From the sequence record SRR31156797_4838: 54,527 bases of DNA; one strand, written 5' to 3'. Position numbers and translations under genes: made by a program. Positions within the stretch are counted from its first letter, which is position 1. Every line of letters starts with the position of its first letter. Under the pieces are notes generated by a model, which saw only the letters and a list, made by a program, of their open reading frames with translations, had not been told where the DNA came from and did no database searches. Shown here piece by piece: positions 51,720 to 54,527 of the stretch.

Positions 51720-52200
51720 CGTAACCGGTAGGCCTATTGTCACACCCTTTTCTATTTTCGATTGTGAAGGGAGTAGTTGTAAACACTTCGTCTCAACAGG
51801 TTAATCCTTCTGCCGGTCAATGGACAGCAAGGAAGTTGCAGCGTGAAAAAGCCAGCTGCTCTCGTAGGATTGGTCTCGATTTAATCATTATCTCCTACAT
51901 AATACTAATAATAATTGTAACTGCATTTGTCACATTCGCAGTCTCCCATGTTGTCGGTCCATTTTCAATGAGTTTGTGGCCTTTTGGCAAAGGCGGTGGC
52001 TATACTTTGTCGCCAAGTTATAGTTTCAAACTCGATATCTCCGGCTATAGCACCGGCCACTGCAAGTGGGCTTGTTGTCAGCATCGTCAATTGGACGAAT
52101 ACACTTGCAGCAAACGGGCTATACTTCTCTCTCTTTAATGTGTAGTTTTACAAGATGCCAGATGATGCTTTTACTCTAAGCAAGGTGCTGCTGCTCAGCT

Positions 52201-53595
52201 TTAACCATGTGAAAAGCCTGAGGATTCAGTGGAATCACTGCTGTGCTGTATCGGGTTTTTAGTAAAATAGTCAATGCACCTTTGGAGATCAGTCAGCAGT
52301 AAATCTGCCAAGTCCCGGCTAACCCCATGGCGGACTAGAATTCGCATAATCACCAGGTCTTCACGTTCAGCAGGCATGGCATAGGCGGCAATTTGCCAGC
52401 CTCTACTGCGGATACGATCAGAGAGATCAAAGAGATTAAATCCCGGTGATACTTCTTTCCTGAGGCTGAAACTCATGGCAGGGATTCCACCACGTCCATT
52501 ATATATAATATCAAATAATCCCAACTTGTCGATCTCATCGGCGAGATAATGGGCAGTACGGTAGCAGGCATTATGGATTTTACGGTAGCCCTCGACCCCA
52601 AGCCGCAAGAAATTGTAGTACTGTGCTACGATCTGTCCGCCTGGTCGTGAAAAATTCAGGGCAAAGGTCGGCATGTTGCCGCCTAGGTAATTAACATCAA
52701 AGATAAGGTCTTGGGGGAGAAATTCCTCGCTCCTCCAAATCACCCAGCCAACGCCAAGGGGAGCAAGGCCAAACTTATGGCCAGAGGAATTGATTGACTG
52801 CACACGAGGCAGGCGAAAATCCCAGAGTAATTCAGGTTCTACAAAGGGGGCAATAAAGCCACCGCTGGCTCCATCCACATGGATAGGGATATTCAGTCCT
52901 GTTTTTTTTTGTAATTGATCCAGGGCATCACTCACAGCCTGAACCGGTTCATATTGGCAAGTAAAGGTCACCCCCAGGGTCGGAATAACACCAATGGTGT
53001 TCTCATCACAACGCTTGATCACCTCTTCCGGAGTCATGATTAAGCGATCGCCCTCCATCGGGATTTCTCGTAATTCAACATCCCAATAGCGGGCAAACTT
53101 ATGCCAGCACACCTGTACCGGTCCACAGATCAAATTTGGTTTATCCGTGGGCTTACCAAGTTCTTCCATTCGTTCGCGCCAGCGCCACTTCAGGGCCATG
53201 CCTCCAAGCATGGCTGCTTCACTGGAACCTGTGGTTGAACAGCCAAGGGTCTTTGTGGCCTGCGGTGCGTTCCAGAGATCAGCCAACATGTGAACACAAC
53301 GAGATTCAATTTCAGCTGATTGAGGATACTCATCTTTGTCAATCATATTTTTATCAATGCATTCATCCATCAATTGACGGATCTCCGGCTCCATCCAGGT
53401 TTGGCAAAAAGTGGCTAGGTTCTGGCGGGAATTACCATCAAGCATTAATTCATCATGTACCACTTGGTAGATGTGGCGAGGGGATTGTTCCTCTTGGGGT
53501 ATTTTGTATTTAGGTAGGCTCACTGAAAGATCGCTAGAGGCATAGATTTCATCTAGTAGATTTGATTGAACCTTAGATTTGTAATGCAATGACAT
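52201..53595 (-). CDS. gadB: Glutamate decarboxylase
   Basis: [35 protein letters not shown] and SGHKFG (PLP lysine) motifs. Confidence 0.95.
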   Translation of the reverse strand: MSLHYKSKVQSNLLDEIYASSDLSVSLPKYKIPQEEQSPRHIYQVVHDELMLDGNSRQNLATFCQTWMEPEIRQLMDECIDKNMIDKDEYPQSAEIESRCVHMLADLWNAPQATKTLGCSTTGSSEAAMLGGMALKWRWRERMEELGKPTDKPNLICGPVQVCWHKFARYWDVELREIPMEGDRLIMTPEEVIKRCDENTIGVIPTLGVTFTCQYEPVQAVSDALDQLQKKTGLNIPIHVDGASGGFIAPFVEPELLWDFRLPRVQSINSSGHKFGLAPLGVGWVIWRSEEFLPQDLIFDVNYLGGNMPTFALNFSRPGGQIVAQYYNFLRLGVEGYRKIHNACYRTAHYLADEIDKLGLFDIIYNGRGGIPAMSFSLRKEVSPGFNLFDLSDRIRSRGWQIAAYAMPAEREDLVIMRILVRHGVSRDLADLLLTDLQRCIDYFTKNPIQHSSDSTESSGFSHG

Positions 53596-54348
53596 GTTTA
53601 ACTCCTTTGTTCGGACTATAGAGAACCTTATGATCGTTAATGCAGAATATTATGACGTGGCAACTTCTATGTTGCCAAGTTTCGGCGTTAGATGAAAAGA
53701 AAGGTGTGATCATCCGTAAGGAGATGAGTACACACATTTAAAATCTAGATTAAACAAGGCAAACAATCAGACAGAAGGACTCCCTGATGCTGTACGATTT
53801 TCTCAGTGAGGCCAGCTCGTGGCGGGAAAGCCGTAGCAAGGTAAGGAAACCGTGCGTTGATAGTCGATTAATTGTTTGCTGAAAGCAGGGCGTATAGTTT
53901 TATAGCAGTGCTTAAAAAAGTGTATGACAAACAGTAGGTTACTGTCAAATAATTACTACTAAACGAAAAAGGGAGCTCTTTTTCTGTCTTTGCCCATCGC
54001 CATGAAGGGCGTTGCAGGAATTTAATGGTCTTAGAGTGCATGATTTTTCGCGAAGTAAGGCCGTCGAATCTTTTTGAGGGTACTTCATATGCATAATTAC
54101 AGAAAACTATGCCAGGCAGGTATTTACAGGAAAAAAACCGAGGAAAAAAATGGATCCATATAATGCTTAGAGTTTTGTGAATGGTAATAATTGTTAACAG
54201 TCTAACTGTTTGTTACTGCATGAATAATTGCGCAATCCTGTAAGTACTGGGCCTCATTTTGAAAGAGCGTCAATAGAATTTTTGGCATGAACAGTACGGC
54301 GTTGTATTCATAAAATGATATTTTTTGAAAGAAGACAAAGAAAAAAGG

Positions 54349-54387
54349 TTGACTTCAAAAGGGAACTAAGGTAGTTTCACCGCTCCC
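54349..54387 (+). promoter_or_regulatory. rRNA-operon-type sigma70 promoter
   Basis: A-rich UP tract, TTGACT-17-TAGTTT and a GC-rich discriminator CACCGCTCCC. Confidence 0.7.
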
Positions 54388-54504
54388 GACGTTGCCGAAA
54401 CAAATTGGGCACATCGGGCAACATGCTATACAAGGTGGGTGTAATACTTTGAAAATAGGATGTAATATTAAATAGCTTTTGCTAGTGGCCATATTTAATG
54501 GCTT

Positions 54505-54517
54505 TGATCTTTGACAA
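54505..54517 (+). promoter_or_regulatory. boxA antitermination element of an rRNA leader (16S expected beyond the window)
   Basis: TGATCTTTGACAA resembles rrn boxA (TGCTCTTTAACA) and lies about 130 bp after the promoter. Confidence 0.7.
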
Positions 54518-54527
54518 CTGAACAGTA

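Noticed and set aside
51737-52138. Plus-strand 133-aa ORF between DUF389 and gadB
   Set aside because: TTG start without SD, overlapping the DUF389 promoter region; the hydrophobic run derives from ATA/ATT low-complexity sequence.

Overview
Bacterial chromosomal window. Gene content (PAS hybrid kinases, DUF748, rhodanese/C_GCAxxG proteins, ferredoxin) suggests a sulfate-reducing Desulfobacterota member; this is inference. It holds about 45 genes: a TRAP transporter (5' cut off), Met-gamma-lyase-like gene, Lrp and aromatic aminotransferase, aqpZ, a wtpABC-type W/Mo transporter, a FecR-OmpA-CHASE2 kinase module, ferredoxin, a YiiX-like hydrolase, two pseudogenes (yitT, MCP), LysR, ilvBN with a full ivbL-like attenuator, a pyrF/aminopeptidase P/rsmB block, a lipoprotein PSD-family decarboxylase, two more hybrid kinases, an RluA synthase, a MauE-rhodanese-C_GCAxxG trio, three tandem Hsp20 genes facing a double ribbon-helix-helix-like protein, ZnuA, DUF748, a LivK-like protein with DUF389, gadB, and the promoter/boxA of an rRNA operon. 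The most notable signals outside the ORF track are (i) a CCTSAATCCRTGA inverted-repeat family bracketing the megL-lrp and tyrB segments, (ii) a SAM-II-long-loop-like RNA with a coupled 16-codon ORF ahead of yitT, (iii) the ilv leader peptide and (iv) a Cys-rich microprotein. No CRISPR, tRNA or transposase gene was seen. All family calls come from recalled motifs; no database was searched.
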